DNA from: an uncultured Nitrososphaeraceae archaeon
GTDB lineage: Archaea; Thermoproteota; Nitrososphaeria; Nitrososphaerales; Nitrososphaeraceae
DNA: 64,000 bases
Assembly (NCBI GenBank): GCA_963837175.1
Contig: CAWIMJ010000017.1
Location: 1 to 64,000 of the forward strand
Reading direction: 5' to 3'
Shown here: piece by piece, positions 1 to 12,804 of the stretch
Layout: each line of letters opens with the position of its first letter
How positions within the stretch are numbered: the first letter of the stretch is position 1
Made by a program: the position numbers and the translations under genes
Notes under the pieces: model-generated
Database searches by the model: none
What the model saw: the letters and a program-made list of their open reading frames with translations, nothing else
Told to the model about the DNA's origin: nothing

Positions 1-360
1 AGGGTGATTTCCATCCACATAAGTATTAGTGTTGTCGTGAACCATCATATTATGAATTATTTTCTCTGAAAATCTTGTATCATTTACGTTGTAAATATCC
101 TTCAAGTCCCTAGTTATTTCCAGGCCTGACATACCACTAGGTTCAGCCTTTAACCTATTTTCAATAAAAGATTTTGCGTATTTTGCAGCGGTTTTGTTTA
201 ATTCTGTATCTGGAGTATTTCTAATTTCATTGTCTAACCAAGGATTAAGTGATCTAAGAGTGAGTCGTTGGTATTTGTGACTTAGATCGTTACTATTGTT
301 GTTGCTGCTGTTATTGCTGCTATTGTTATTATTATTGCTACTACTACTAATGTTGCTCAT
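1..360 (-). CDS. Hypothetical protein, 5' part (runs off window start), Ser/Asn-rich N-terminus
   Basis: Manually read open frame from ATG at 360 (MSNISSSSNNNNNSSNN...LNPWLDNEIRNTPD...) with no stop before position 1. Confidence 0.5.
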   Translation of the reverse strand, partial: MSNISSSSNNNNNSSNNSSNNNSNDLSHKYQRLTLRSLNPWLDNEIRNTPDTELNKTAAKYAKSFIENRLKAEPSGMSGLEITRDLKDIYNVNDTRFSEKIIHNMMVHDNTNTYVDGNHP

Positions 361-764
361 ATTTTTCTTGAGATGTCTCTTTTCTCCTTCATCTAGTAAT
401 AGAGTATCTTACTTACTCTCCCCCCTGTCCTGTCAATAGTCTTCTTACAGAAAGACTCTGTTATGCTAGTACCCAGTGGAGTGTTTCAATCTCTCCAAAC
501 TCTGTCAAGTGTCGGCTCTGTTCTAGGTCTTTTGCAACTCTATTTTCTTCTTCTTTGTATTTCTATTATGCCAACATCACCTCTAGCATTTTTGATAAAG
601 AAGATATGGCTAACATTGTAAAAAAAGTGAGCTAGAAAATGACATTAGGTTAAAGAAATCTGATCTGAAATATTACAAGGGTTTATATGACAATAATTAT
701 GTATATAATTATATATGATATTAATAATCAAGGAGTTGCACTAATTTTTTGCAAATGAATAACT

Positions 765-1400
765 TTGAAAACTGAAACGACGATGAAATCTTCTAAAGGC
801 ATTCGAATCTCACAAATTGTACTTGGAGGTATTGCCATAGCACTGTCCCTTGCAGTTATCGTAAACCCTGGAGTTGGTATTGCAACTCTAACTTTCCTAC
901 TCTCTATTACATTAGTAGTTGTAGGAATTGAGAGGTTAGTTACAGGTATTACTACACTATCAAAACATTCAAAGTCGTCTCGATTTGGAAATATTGCTCT
1001 AGGTGCGTTAGCTGCTATATTAGGAATTGCAGTTCTGGCATTTCCTGTATTTACAACAGGTGTGTTAGTTACTTTACTAGCTCTTGGTTTGCTTTTCACA
1101 GGAATTGCGAGAATCATTCATGGCATCTCAGATAAGAATATTTCAAAATGGTCAAAGGGCTTTCTTGTAGGTGTAGGTATATTGTCTTTGGCAGTATCTT
1201 TTATGGTCTTTGCATCTCCAGCATTAGGAGTACTTCTTTTGACACTCATATTAGGTATTAATCTCCTAATAATAGGAATACAAAGTGTTGCATATGCTAT
1301 ATCAGGTAGTCATCAAAGAACATATAATCCAACTACTGCGACTGTCGAACGGCAAGATAGAAGAGTGGCAGAGAAGAGATCTAATCCTCATTTTTTGTAG
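765..1400 (+). CDS. HdeD/DUF308 family membrane protein
   Basis: About six hydrophobic helices in repeated GxxxIxxG..LxxP pairs, typical of DUF308 repeats. Confidence 0.8.
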   Translation: MKTETTMKSSKGIRISQIVLGGIAIALSLAVIVNPGVGIATLTFLLSITLVVVGIERLVTGITTLSKHSKSSRFGNIALGALAAILGIAVLAFPVFTTGVLVTLLALGLLFTGIARIIHGISDKNISKWSKGFLVGVGILSLAVSFMVFASPALGVLLLTLILGINLLIIGIQSVAYAISGSHQRTYNPTTATVERQDRRVAEKRSNPHFL

Positions 1401-1708
1401 TAGTGTTTAATTAAAGATATATGCTTCACAATAGATATCAAGAAAATGAAAATTGTGCCCCTAGAGATTACAAGTGAAGAAGTACATGACAACAAGTTGT
1501 TAAAGTATTTGATTGATCCCGGTCAGACAATGCTGATATTCTTCTGGTAGTTTATCTTGGATATGTGTCTGTAGTTATTCTCTTGTCTATTGTCGTACCA
1601 TTAGATCGAGGTTTTCCCTAAGTAATAAAGATGAATAGTTGTTTTCTTTAATTAAAGATAGTTTAACATAAAATATTTCTATAAAATTATTATAAAGGTT
1701 TTTATTAG

Positions 1709-2008
1709 ATGAAAACTCTCTGTTTCACAATGTCATTTTTAGAAACTATCAGTTACCATAGTAATATTAATTCTAAAGTAACGAATAGCAAGAAGGCGAT
1801 TGTCAAAGAAATACATTTCTTACTATGTAGATCATGTTTTTGGTGTGCCTCGTACTTTAAGATAGGAAGAGTCATTAGTACCAAATGCCCTTCTTGTAAT
1901 GATGATGATAAACTGGAATCAATGCCAATTTCATATGATGAAGTATACAAATTTGATTATGATCAAAAACGTGGAATTATTTTAGAATTCTCAAAAAGTT
2001 GTAGATAG
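1709..2008 (+). CDS. Small zinc-ribbon hypothetical protein
   Basis: LLCRSCFWCAS...CPSCN motif, two CxxC pairs. Confidence 0.6.
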   Translation: MKTLCFTMSFLETISYHSNINSKVTNSKKAIVKEIHFLLCRSCFWCASYFKIGRVISTKCPSCNDDDKLESMPISYDEVYKFDYDQKRGIILEFSKSCR

Positions 2009-3133
2009 CATAAATTCTCAGCCTACTGATCTACTGCAAAGATTCTTCTATGTTTTAACTAATAAATACATTGATTGTCCGGTATTTGGTTGATGTATAA
2101 GACTTTCAATTTCAAACAAATAAACAAACAATATCATCATCATACGAAGAAGTTTGTGTTACCTACTTTCTTACTTTATTTCTGTTGCAACTGCATGTTA
2201 CTAGTTATTAGTAATAGTATCGCTCTTGCCTCAGTCGTGTCCTGATACTCAGACTCTCTGATAATACCCATTGCAATGTCCATATCTGAGTCCATAATCT
2301 TTCGGTGTCCGCTATGCTGTAGGTCTTGTGTATCTCTTCTTTCTTTTTCAGTATTTTATTATGCAGTATATGTCTTCGAGTATTTTTAATGGTGGTGGTA
2401 TCAGTGTGCGTACTGCTGTTCCTTCTCCTCTTTCCCCTGTTCCTCTAAATCTCATCTCATATTCCATTAAGGGTTTGACATAATTCTCAGAGATATTTTG
2501 CTGCATACATTTTTGTTTCTTCATTAACTTTACCAATATCAATGCGAGAATTCTTTATTGTACGCATTTCTGCGTATCATTGTATTCTAATTTCTTTCCC
2601 AGATATACAATTAATGGAATAGCAGGTTTTCCAGAGGAAAGAGTAATCACTTGATTAGCATGTATTATTGATATGCTCTTGTAGTCTCCTTCCTCTGTTC
2701 TCCACCATGTTATTGAACCGTGCAACTTATAGACTCTCATTCCGTGCTTAAACTCTAAATACTTCAGGATTCTAGCCTGTAGACTTGAACCCATCTATAA
2801 AACTAATACCGATCACGTCACAGAACTGTTCAATGGAGTTGTCGTAGTTTGTAGAAAAAATATCCAACACTTCATAGTCATCGATAAAATCTGTTAATTG
2901 CTGAAAGTAATTGACTTTGGATTGCTCAACAAAGCATTTTATTTACAGGTTAGCCGCTACATAAAAGATTCTGCCGTCTTGATAAGTCTTAGGTAAGCTG
3001 CAAATCGTCCTCTAACTTAGCGAGATTATCATCGAAAGAATTAAAATCTTGACTGATATCGGTCTACCCAAAGGCTGCATTCTGATTCGAATACCGTCAT
3101 TTTCTTAAATCCCATCAATCATTACATTTAGGA

Positions 3134-3697
3134 TCATGTGCTGTACGTCAAGCCTACCATGCCTGATTTCAACGGCTTAACCCGTATGAGTTTCAAGGAA
3201 TGTCGCTCTTTTACATCTTTGAATAGAGCTTTTCCTCCACCCAAAATGATGGGATTGACCATTAAACGCACTTCATCAATCAAGCCCATATTCATCAGGC
3301 TGGATACAAAAGTGGCTCCCCCCCATGCCACAATATTCTTCCCCTGTTGCTCTTTCATTATTCGGATTTCCTCAATGTCCCGAACGATCCTTGTCGCCTT
3401 CCATGCAACTTTGTCAAGAGTCTTGGAAAGGACGAAATGGGGTATCTTATCGGCACGTTGTGCATAAGCGGACTGATTAGTTGTCCCCTCTGCTGGATTG
3501 GTCAGGAGGGCAAGCCAGTATTGTTCGTATCCGGGATACATACCTCCCCCAAGGATTAAGGCGTCTACAGAATTGAGCATTTCATTAATCTCCCTCCACT
3601 CTTCTTCGTCATCAACCATCATCCAATCGACTTCTTTATTGGGCCCTTCAATAAAGCCGTCCACCGATACTTGCAAAAATGCGATTATTTTTCTCAT
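3134..3697 (-). CDS. Dihydrofolate reductase-like / RibD C-terminal domain protein
   Basis: MRKII...SVDGFIEGP, GGATFVSSLM..GLIDE.RL.VNPIILGGGKALF motifs; GC higher than flanks. Confidence 0.9.
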   Translation of the reverse strand: MRKIIAFLQVSVDGFIEGPNKEVDWMMVDDEEEWREINEMLNSVDALILGGGMYPGYEQYWLALLTNPAEGTTNQSAYAQRADKIPHFVLSKTLDKVAWKATRIVRDIEEIRIMKEQQGKNIVAWGGATFVSSLMNMGLIDEVRLMVNPIILGGGKALFKDVKERHSLKLIRVKPLKSGMVGLTYST

Positions 3698-4002
3698 CGT
3701 TATTCTTCCTTATCCACTTGCCTTAGAGACCCTTTATTCCAAACATTGGAATATTTATAGATCTGCAGCATCGCATCATGATTCTTCTTGGGCACTTTAT
3801 AAATAACGTGCGAAACTAGACCTGCGTACGTCGAATCAGATTTGCTCATAAATAACAGTATATTTCTCACCGTATTAGTAATAAAATTAGGAATGATATT
3901 TGTCCAAGTTATTCATTATCCATTTTATCGGAAATAATGCTGCATAATCTTTATCTACTTTGATTGATCACTATGACAAAAAAATAGTAGATAACTATCG
4001 TT

Positions 4003-5020
4003 CTAGTTAGTAAAGTAAATTTGAATTTTATTGTTCTTGGATACCTTCTGTTTCTTTAGATCCTTTATCCTATTTCTAAGAGTCACTTCTGTTACTCCTG
4101 CAGCACTCGCAATATTATTTTGAGTTATATTCTCCCCAGTATTAAAAGACGATAAGTAAAGTACAGGATGCTGCAAGTCCCATTGGATCCTTTCCAGCCG
4201 ATATCTCTCTTTTAGTGACATTGTTCATAATCTCTGCTGCTTGTCGTTTAGTTTTCTCACTCAGATTAGCTTTGTTCGCTACTTTGGCAATACATTTTAA
4301 AGGATCAACTATTGGAATTTTAAGATCAAGTTCAAAGTACAGTAGTCTATAGCTTCTAGCAACTTCGTTGAGTTTAACGTTGCTATCTACAGCTACATCT
4401 TTTAATGTTCTTGGATTTCCCAATTCTCTACAAGCAATATATACTGCAGCAGCCAAAATTCCAGAAATTGTCCTACCTCGTACCAATCCTCTTTCCTGAG
4501 CCTTTCTGTAGATATAAGCCGTTTTCTCAACTACTGTATCTGATAGTCTAAGTTTGTCTTTTAATACATCAAGTTGAAAGAAAGCCTGCCTAAGACTTCT
4601 GTCGGTAGGAGTGTGAGCTTGCGTTCTAAAGTCCCATGTTCTCAACCTTTCCATGGTAGTACGCATTACTGCATTTATTTTTTGTCCACTAGCATCTCTG
4701 TCTGTCCTTCCGATTATTGTTGATAGTCCCATATCATGTCGAGCTAGGGATGTTGACATGCCTATTCTGCTCTTGTCATTTGACCCATCTGATGAGGCAA
4801 AATTCCTCCATTCAGGCCGTATTTCTTCAATCTTGTCTGAAATAACCTGGCCACATTTACTACATATAATCTCGCCAGATTCAGTATCTGTAATTGTTTG
4901 ATTACATCTGCAGATAGAGCATACGGGATTAGAAACAGGAATATTAGAAGTTTGTAGTTGAGAATTAGAATTCGTTCTCATGTTTTTGGAATTATCATCA
5001 TTACTGAAGTCGGAAATCAT
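4003..5020 (-). pseudogene. tfb: Transcription initiation factor IIB (TFB), frameshifted near 3' end
   Basis: Zn ribbon (CSIC...GEIICSKCG), PEWRNF, LRTWD, cyclin repeats, GKDPMGLAAS; C-terminal VLYLS...IASAAGVTEVTLRNR continues in another frame (ORF 4003-4221) after one extra base at ~4166. Confidence 0.9.
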
Positions 5021-5746
5021 ATTTATAGATTTTATCATAGTAAATATATCGGGATAATTGTATATAAATATGAAAGTTACTTTAAGGATAGTAGATTGCA
5101 ATATGGTAATTATGTTACTAACTATACAAAGGTAATTATATAAGAAAATGATGTTTATAGTAAGTGTGGAAGTTACTAGATCAGACAGTCCGGCTAATAC
5201 TGTTATCGCACAAATAATAAACTCATCGGACAAAATTGAAATGAAGTCCTGTCCATAATAACATGTTTAAATTGTTGGCAAAAAATTTGCAGTTTAATTT
5301 TAAGAAATATATATGATAAATGGTTGTATTCTTGAAGGAGTTTTCTTGCTATTTCCTTATTTCACTATTACCATGAGATAGTCTCTTCTATACCTAATCT
5401 GTCTAATTTCAATATAGTATCTCTTTCAATTATGTCCTCCCAAGTCTTTTCTTTTTTCTTCTTCTTTGTATTGTAGCTAAAGGAATTTTATATTTGTTGC
5501 ACTAGTTTATCATTAAACACGTTTATTTCTTTATTGTAAATCCGATACATTCACAATCTTTGAGTTTCATTTGAATTGAACAAGAACATGTGGTTATTTA
5601 TTATTTCGTATGGATTATTGGTCAACTTGCTTTGGTGTTACTGTTATAATCATTCATGAATTATATTATTATTGCCACCACTAGAATATTATCTAAAGCT
5701 TTATGAATTCCAAGTGCTCTAATACGTATATTATTTTTCCTCATTT

Positions 5747-6199
5747 TTATTTATTGTCTATAGAACGAATTCCCTGATCTTCTTGTCTAACTTCTTTCAT
5801 GTAATGCGAATGAATATCTCCATCATCATAAACCTGAGCTGCTTTCAAATAGTTGCGTTGTGAATCATCATCAGGTGATTGCGAGATGGTGGCCATTACG
5901 TCTAAATGAACAGGAGATTGAGAAGGCAACAACTCTCTAATAGACATGGGTATATCGTCACCCATTTCATCTGTGCTATAATAAATGTTCAAAGCAAAGA
6001 ATCTCCCACCAATATTTCCCAATTCAATAATTGTTGGTTTAGCTTGTTCCTTAGCATTTTCTTGTGCAGATATTACTGATCGGATTTTATCATAATTCAA
6101 TTCAAGAGATCTAGCTAATTTCTCTTTGTCTTCTTCAGAGAAAGGCTTGCCTAATTTATTGGTTAATTGTACAAATGAATTTTCTATTCGTAGAAGCAT
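5747..6199 (-). CDS. Hypothetical protein
   Basis: 150-aa ORF with normal composition; no motif recognised. Confidence 0.55.
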   Translation of the reverse strand: MLLRIENSFVQLTNKLGKPFSEEDKEKLARSLELNYDKIRSVISAQENAKEQAKPTIIELGNIGGRFFALNIYYSTDEMGDDIPMSIRELLPSQSPVHLDVMATISQSPDDDSQRNYLKAAQVYDDGDIHSHYMKEVRQEDQGIRSIDNK

Positions 6200-6518
6200 A
6201 AAGTATTATATCTACACGAATATAAAAAGAGAAAAGTCAAATTTACATGTCAGCCTTTCTTTGATTTTAAGTCTTTCATATTCTTTTTATGTAAAAGATG
6301 AAGCAGCAGAAGAAGAAGAGCATGTTTTTGTCCAAGCAATAAAATAGTAGGACTATGTTCTTTGTAATAATACAAATACTGCTGATGATATTATCCTTCC
6401 AAAGGTAATTGACTATTATTTCAGAAGTACAAAGCAAGAAGAGAAGTTCATCCTCTAATGGTCTTTGATAACTTAAAGAAGGAATTTCAAGTATATTCCA
6501 TACAAGTAGTAATAATAA

Positions 6519-6974
6519 CTAGTTTTGTGCTTCTTCCTCTAATCCCCAACTTACCTTATTAAATGGTTTTATTTTTATAAATGGAGCCTCGCCTTCTTTC
6601 CATGGATTGTTTCTTACCCATTCAAATTTCTTTTCAAATTTTTTATAGAGCCTTTTAAATTCTTCTCCTCTTTCAATAATATCTACAGTACCTTGTATTA
6701 TTACTGCTTTATTTTCAACTGATGAGTTGTAAACATCTACTGCTAGTCCAATATTTTTGTTAACTTTGAGGTTCTTATATTTCCTTGTATCATAATCTGT
6801 AGCAATAAAGAAATAACTATTTTCATAAATATATGTAACAGGAGTAACATGCGGGATATCATTGTGGGATGTAGCCACTCTACATGCTTCGTTTTCTAAA
6901 AGAAATTTCTCTTCTATTTTAGTAAATTCTATCTCTTTGTTGTTATTAATACTATTAGTCTTCTTATTTTCCAT
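6519..6974 (-). CDS. Pyridoxamine 5'-phosphate oxidase-like (split-barrel flavin/F420-binding) protein
   Basis: CRVAT...PHVTPV...TRKYKNL..N..I.LAVD...AVIIQG...KVSWG. Confidence 0.85.
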   Translation of the reverse strand: MENKKTNSINNNKEIEFTKIEEKFLLENEACRVATSHNDIPHVTPVTYIYENSYFFIATDYDTRKYKNLKVNKNIGLAVDVYNSSVENKAVIIQGTVDIIERGEEFKRLYKKFEKKFEWVRNNPWKEGEAPFIKIKPFNKVSWGLEEEAQN

Positions 6975-7058
6975 TAAACTAGTTACACCTTAGTAGTATT
7001 ATATATGTGAAATAAGTTGTTATATCTTAACATATAGTAATCCACATATTTCACTATT

Positions 7059-7511
7059 TTACTTACTATAATGTTCTATTTCGTCTGCTGTCGGTTGTTT
7101 CTTACTCTCTTTATTTATTACTTCTCCTATCCTTTTCCATATTTTTCTCTCATATTGGTAAGCCATAATCAATCCAACCGTAGTACCACCAACAGCTCCT
7201 AAAGGTCCACCAACAATAAAACCAGTAATTCCAGGAATCAACAGACTTTCAAACCATGCTCCTGATGCTACTTCAACAGCAAAGTCATTTGAATCCCCAA
7301 TTATAGAGATAGTTATTTCTCTAAGAGCGCCTGCAAGAACCACTAAAGATGTATTTACTGCAGTTAAACTACGAAGTGGCTGTCCATTCATTTCACCTTT
7401 GATCTCTGAAACAATTTTCAGATTTTTTTCCTTCTTAATTTCTTCTTTAATACTATTGTATAAATTATCGAGATTGGTATCAAGTGCTTTAAAATGTTCT
7501 ACTCGTGTCAT
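7059..7511 (-). CDS. Conserved hypothetical protein with Gly-zipper membrane segment
   Basis: GITGFIVGGPLGAVGGTTVG hydrophobic glycine zipper. Confidence 0.6.
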   Translation of the reverse strand: MTRVEHFKALDTNLDNLYNSIKEEIKKEKNLKIVSEIKGEMNGQPLRSLTAVNTSLVVLAGALREITISIIGDSNDFAVEVASGAWFESLLIPGITGFIVGGPLGAVGGTTVGLIMAYQYERKIWKRIGEVINKESKKQPTADEIEHYSK

Positions 7512-7823
7512 AACTACTATGTGTTCTTTAAATTATTATAAGCTTGTTAACTAAACTACAAAATGGTGTATTATTTATCCTAGACATTATTTGCTGTTAT
7601 AACTTTGTTATAAGATTCTATAATGTAAAGGAGCATGTGATGAAGAGGTATTATATCCCATATGTAGAGCAGATTATAGGCATTTTTTATTTTCTAATTA
7701 CTGATTACATTTTGCAAAGATAAGATGAGATAAGAATGTTGGCAGGCAGAATTAACATATATTGATAAGAATACTGCTACCTTTAAGTGGTATGATAAGC
7801 GAGCTTGAAGTTATCGATAGAAT

Positions 7824-10187
7824 ATGTCTTCAAACATTGATGATAATAATGAGAATAATACAGGAAACGATAGCACTGGGAACAGCAATGATAATAATGT
7901 AAATAGTACCAAAAAAGAGATAGTAAGTCTGAAAGTCGCAGAAGCAGAACAGCGCGATGTGGGAAGAAAGATTGCACGTATTGATCCAGAAGTAGCTGAA
8001 CGCCTAAATATAACAAGTGGAGATGCACTAGAAATCTCGTCCCTTGGAAAGAAAACTACTGTTCTTAACTGGCCTGCAAGAGAATCTGATAGAGGCAAGG
8101 GTTTAATTCGTATCGATGGCTATATAAGAAACAAGCTTGATGTTGGAATTAACGATCAAGTAGAAGTCAAGAAAGTAACATCAAAAGATGCTAAAAGTAT
8201 AACATTAGCTCCAACAGAGCCACTTAGAATAGTAGGTGCAGAAGATTATCTAACAGAGTATCTAAATGGACAATTGATGACTAAAGGTGATACAATACCT
8301 CTCAATGTTATGGGTCAAAGAGTAGATCTTGTAGTAATTTCTACGAATCCTTCTGGTCCAGTTATAATCAATGACTCTACAAAAGTTACAGTTTCTGAAG
8401 AAAGTGCAAAGGCAGGACAGGTATTAAGAGAAGGTGGAGCTCCATCTATTACATATGAGGATATTGGAGGACTAGGTAATGCAGTTGATAGAGTTAGAGA
8501 AATGATAGAACTGCCTCTAAGACATCCAGAATTATTCAAAAGACTAGGAGTTGAAGCACCTAAGGGAGTTCTTTTACATGGACCTCCAGGAACTGGAAAA
8601 ACCTTGTTGGCAAAGGCGGTAGCTAATGAAACAAATGCTAACTTCTATACTATAGGAGGTCCTGAGATAATGAGCAAATACTATGGGGAATCTGAAGAGA
8701 GGTTAAGAAATGTATTTCAGCAAGCAGAGAAGAATGCACCATCTATTATTTTCATAGACGAGATTGATTCCATTGCTCCAAAGAGAGAAGAAGTATCAGG
8801 AGAAACTGAGAGGAGAATAGTTGCTCAGCTGCTGTCGTTAATGGATGGTATGTCTACAAGAGGAAAAGTAGTAGTAATAGGTGCTACGAATAGAGTTAAT
8901 GCAATAGACCCAGCATTAAGGCGTCCTGGAAGATTTGATAGAGAAATTGAAATTGGTGTTCCTGACAGAAATGGTCGATTAGAAGTTTTACAAATACATA
9001 CAAGGGGAATGCCCATTGCCAAAGATGTCAATTTAGAAAAACTAGCAGACATCTCCCATGGATTTGTTGGAGCTGATTTGCAGGCACTTGCTAAAGAAGC
9101 TGCAATGAGAGCGTTAAGAAGAGTACTTCCTGAGGTTGATCTGTCAACTGAAAGTATTCCTGCAGAAACTTTAAGGAAAATTATAGTCACAATGCAGGAC
9201 TTTCTGGACATAATTAAAGAGATGGAGCCTTCAGCAATGAGAGAAGTATTTGTAGAGGTTCCCGACGTAAAATGGGAAGATATTGGTGGATTGTCATCCA
9301 TAAAACAAGAACTACAAGAAGCAGTAGAATGGCCACTAAAGTACCAACAGATATTTACGTATGCTGACGCAACTCCTCCAAAAGGTATCTTGCTTTATGG
9401 CCCTCCAGGTACAGGTAAAACATTGATAGCAAAAGCTGCAGCAAATGAAAGTGAAGCTAACTTTATCAGCATAAAAGGGCCAGAGTTGCTCTCAAAATGG
9501 GTAGGTGAATCAGAGAAAGGAGTTCGAGAAGTATTTAGAAAAGCAAGACAAGCAGCTCCTTGCATAATATTTTTTGACGAAATGGATGCTATAGCGCCCA
9601 GAAGAGGAGGAGATTTTGGAGATACCCATGTTACTGAAAGACTCATTAGTCAACTTCTGACTGAATTGGATGGACTTGAAATATTAACTAATGTAATAGT
9701 CATTGGTGCAACGAATAGACCAGACATTATCGATGCTGCATTGCTAAGACCGGGTAGGTTTGATAGGTTATTGTACGTTCCACCACCAGATCGTGATTCA
9801 AGAATACAAATAATAAAAATTCATACAAAAAAGAAACCCTTGGCAGATGACGTCAATATAGAACAGTTAGCAGACCATACAGAAGGATATACGGGTGCTG
9901 ATATTGCATCACTATCATCTGCAGCAGTTATGCTGGCTGTACGGGAATACGTATCGAAGTATAAAGACCAAAAACAAGCAGATAACCGCGTAAAGGAATT
10001 AAAGATACAAATGCGGCACTTTGAGGAAGCTATGAAGAAGATTAGACCATTATCAACTCAGGAATTGAATATATACAAGAGAATATCAGAACAATTTGGA
10101 AAACCTGAGCTTGCATCTAGTACAGGAGGAGGGGCAGGAATGCCAATGGAAAGAGGAGGAGGTACTACAGACTCTGCAGCAACTTAA
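7824..10187 (+). CDS. cdc48: CDC48/VCP family AAA+ ATPase
   Basis: N-domain ([11 protein letters not shown]), two AAA modules with GPPGTGKT Walker A, FIDEID/FFDEMD Walker [11 protein letters not shown]. Confidence 0.97.
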   Translation: MSSNIDDNNENNTGNDSTGNSNDNNVNSTKKEIVSLKVAEAEQRDVGRKIARIDPEVAERLNITSGDALEISSLGKKTTVLNWPARESDRGKGLIRIDGYIRNKLDVGINDQVEVKKVTSKDAKSITLAPTEPLRIVGAEDYLTEYLNGQLMTKGDTIPLNVMGQRVDLVVISTNPSGPVIINDSTKVTVSEESAKAGQVLREGGAPSITYEDIGGLGNAVDRVREMIELPLRHPELFKRLGVEAPKGVLLHGPPGTGKTLLAKAVANETNANFYTIGGPEIMSKYYGESEERLRNVFQQAEKNAPSIIFIDEIDSIAPKREEVSGETERRIVAQLLSLMDGMSTRGKVVVIGATNRVNAIDPALRRPGRFDREIEIGVPDRNGRLEVLQIHTRGMPIAKDVNLEKLADISHGFVGADLQALAKEAAMRALRRVLPEVDLSTESIPAETLRKIIVTMQDFLDIIKEMEPSAMREVFVEVPDVKWEDIGGLSSIKQELQEAVEWPLKYQQIFTYADATPPKGILLYGPPGTGKTLIAKAAANESEANFISIKGPELLSKWVGESEKGVREVFRKARQAAPCIIFFDEMDAIAPRRGGDFGDTHVTERLISQLLTELDGLEILTNVIVIGATNRPDIIDAALLRPGRFDRLLYVPPPDRDSRIQIIKIHTKKKPLADDVNIEQLADHTEGYTGADIASLSSAAVMLAVREYVSKYKDQKQADNRVKELKIQMRHFEEAMKKIRPLSTQELNIYKRISEQFGKPELASSTGGGAGMPMERGGGTTDSAAT

Positions 10188-10522
10188 TTTTTTTTTCCCA
10201 ATATTAGAAGATTTTTTTGTATTCCCTATTAAGAACTTCAACCCTTTGTAAGTTGTAATATATTAGCTGTTGAGGTTCAATAAACTGCAAAAATGCAAGA
10301 AATACGATATGTATACAGCATGTACAAGAGCTTTGTCTGACATTTGTTAGATAGATATGAGGTGGTAAATTAGTTTTTATATTGAGAATATTTTTGAAAT
10401 TAACAGCAAAGAAAACTATTAGTCATTCTTGTTGATTCTGCTGTAATTGATGTTATGATATTCTACTAATTGCAATATAATTATAATGATAATAATAATT
10501 ATTATATTGTTTGCTAGAAGTC

Positions 10523-11766
10523 TTAAAATCTATTTATTACAGCACGCAATCCATAATAGTTTTCAGTAGCTAATATTGCTTCTTCAATATTGCTAAGTGA
10601 ATATCTATGGGTAACTATTTTTGTTAAGTCAACTTTCTTAGTAGAAGCAAGTCTAGCAGCTTCATAAAGCATAGATGGTGTAGAGCTGAAACTACCAGTA
10701 ATAGAAATTTGATTATAATGAAGCCAGTTAGGATCTATTAGAACAGTATTATTCTTACTATTTTTATTTTTATTATTATTACTATTACTATTACTATTTT
10801 CCTTTGGCATGCCTGCAAATATGTTTATTATCGAATTCTTGGCTGCAATTTTTATAGCTAAATCTAAAGCTGCAGGATTACTTGTGGCAACTATAACTAC
10901 ATTAGCACCTATCCCATCTGTAAAATCTAATATATTATCTGATGTTTCTTTACGGCTACTACTCTGAGAGTCATCATCTGCAAATATCACCTCATCTGCA
11001 CCCATAGATTTTGCTTTTTGTATTCTGGCAGATATTTTTCCAACTACAATAGTTTTTGCTCCATATAATTTTGATAATTGGAGATGAAGCAAACCTATTG
11101 GCCCATCTCCTATTATGACGACAACTGATTGGGATCTTTCCCTTCTTTCCCTTCCTTCTCTTTCTTTATCTTTTTTATTTTCGTTTGTTAGTAGTAGTAG
11201 TAATAATCTGTCCTATATGAGAAAAAGCGTTTAGACAGCAGGCTAATGGTTCAAGTAAGGCAGCTTCCTCATTACTTAGGTTATCAGGAACTGAAACAAG
11301 ACCTCCTATTTGGATAACATTTTTAGGTATTTTGACATATTCAGCAAACCCACCATTGACAGTCGATCCTATCTCTTTTAGATTAATGCATAGATTATAC
11401 TGTTTGTTATAGCAATATCTACAGTTTAAACAAGGTATTACAGGACAAACGGCAACCCTTGATCCTTCTTTTATTATTATATTATCATTACTAGTTGTAG
11501 TAGTATGTAGTAGTACTAACATTTATTGGAGTTGCAGCTTTTAGTATTTCTCCACAAAACTCATGTCCTAATATTATAGGTGGTGTTACTTTTGAATGTC
11601 CATTTCTAAATACTCTTACATCGTATCCACATACAGCACATGCATTTACTTTTAACATGATACTACCTTTTTCGTCTAGGTCTGTAGGAAACTGTATTTC
11701 TTGAACACTTAGATTGTTCGGACTATAAAATACAGCTGCATTCATCTTCTGTTTTAACGATAACAA
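10523..11766 (-). pseudogene. Zinc-dependent alcohol/sugar-alcohol dehydrogenase, split into three frames
   Basis: CAVCGYD, LGHEFCG, CLNCRYC..C, GGFAEYV, LLEPLAC, IIGDGPIG; breaks coincide with simple-repeat tracts at ~11490-11520 and ~11135-11200. Confidence 0.85.
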
Positions 11767-11892
11767 TTAGATACTACTATAGAAGAGTTGTAGGTCAATA
11801 ATATAATTTAATATTTAATACAATAATTAATTTCTATTGAAGTTATACAATGTAAAAGGATAATATTTTAGATAATAATAATAGAGTCCTAC

Positions 11893-12804
11893 ATGACACG
11901 AATATTTGATCCACATATCCATATGTATTCTCGTACTACTGATGACTATGAGGCAATGTCTATAGCTGGAATTGAAGTTATAGTCCAGCCTTCTTTTTGG
12001 CTTGGTGGACCAAGAAGATTTGTAGGAACATTCGAAGATTATTGGGAGCATATGATTTCATTTGAAACCCAAAGAGCTAAAGAATTCGGAATAGAACATT
12101 TTGTTTGTATTTCAGTAAATCCAAAAGAAGCTATAGAAAGACCATTAGCTCTGGATGCTATTGATGCAATGGTTAAGAATGGATATCTTGATAGGGAAAG
12201 AGTTGTCGCTGTTGGAGAACTAGGTTATAATCTGATTAACGATTTAGAAGAAGAGGTATTTGTAAAGCAGATGGATATTGCTGCAGAGAAGAATATGCTT
12301 ATGACAGTTCATCTGCCACATAATAATAAGCTAGAAGGAATGAAAAGAATTGAAAGGATTCTTCTAAATAAATAATGATGTGATGGTGATGGTGATGGTG
12401 ATGGTGATGATGAGAAGGAGAGTAAAGGAGGTAGTAGTGGTGGTACTATGGTAGTGGTAGTGAGTCATAGTAAGTACAACAGAGAAAAAATACTTGTAGA
12501 TCATAACGTAGAAGAAACTATTGAGAAAACATTGGAACTAGGAATGTGGGCTGGTCTGTCTGTTTATCCTGTTACAAAACTATCTCCTAAGAGAGCAATG
12601 AAAATAATAAAAAAGTATGGTACAGAACGTATAATGATACATAGTGCTGCTGACTGGGGTATATCAAATCCATTAAGTGTTCCTCTAGTTGCTAGAGAGA
12701 TGAGAAAGTCTGGTGAATTTACTATAAACGATATTGAAAAAGTTACCTTTTATAATGCGTACGAATATTATAAACAATCAGATAGGTTTAATTGGAAACC
12801 TTAG
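11893..12804 (+). pseudogene. TatD-like amidohydrolase (EboB-like), interrupted
   Basis: FDPHIHMYSRTTDDY, VAVGELG, VHLPH, DH..EET, SAADWG; both halves are in the same frame, separated by TAA TGA next to a (GATGGT)n tract. Confidence 0.85.

Noticed and set aside
7783-9646. Antisense ORFs within cdc48 (also within Hef, Bax1, NDH-2 and the kinase)
   Set aside because: Reverse-frame shadows of well-supported genes
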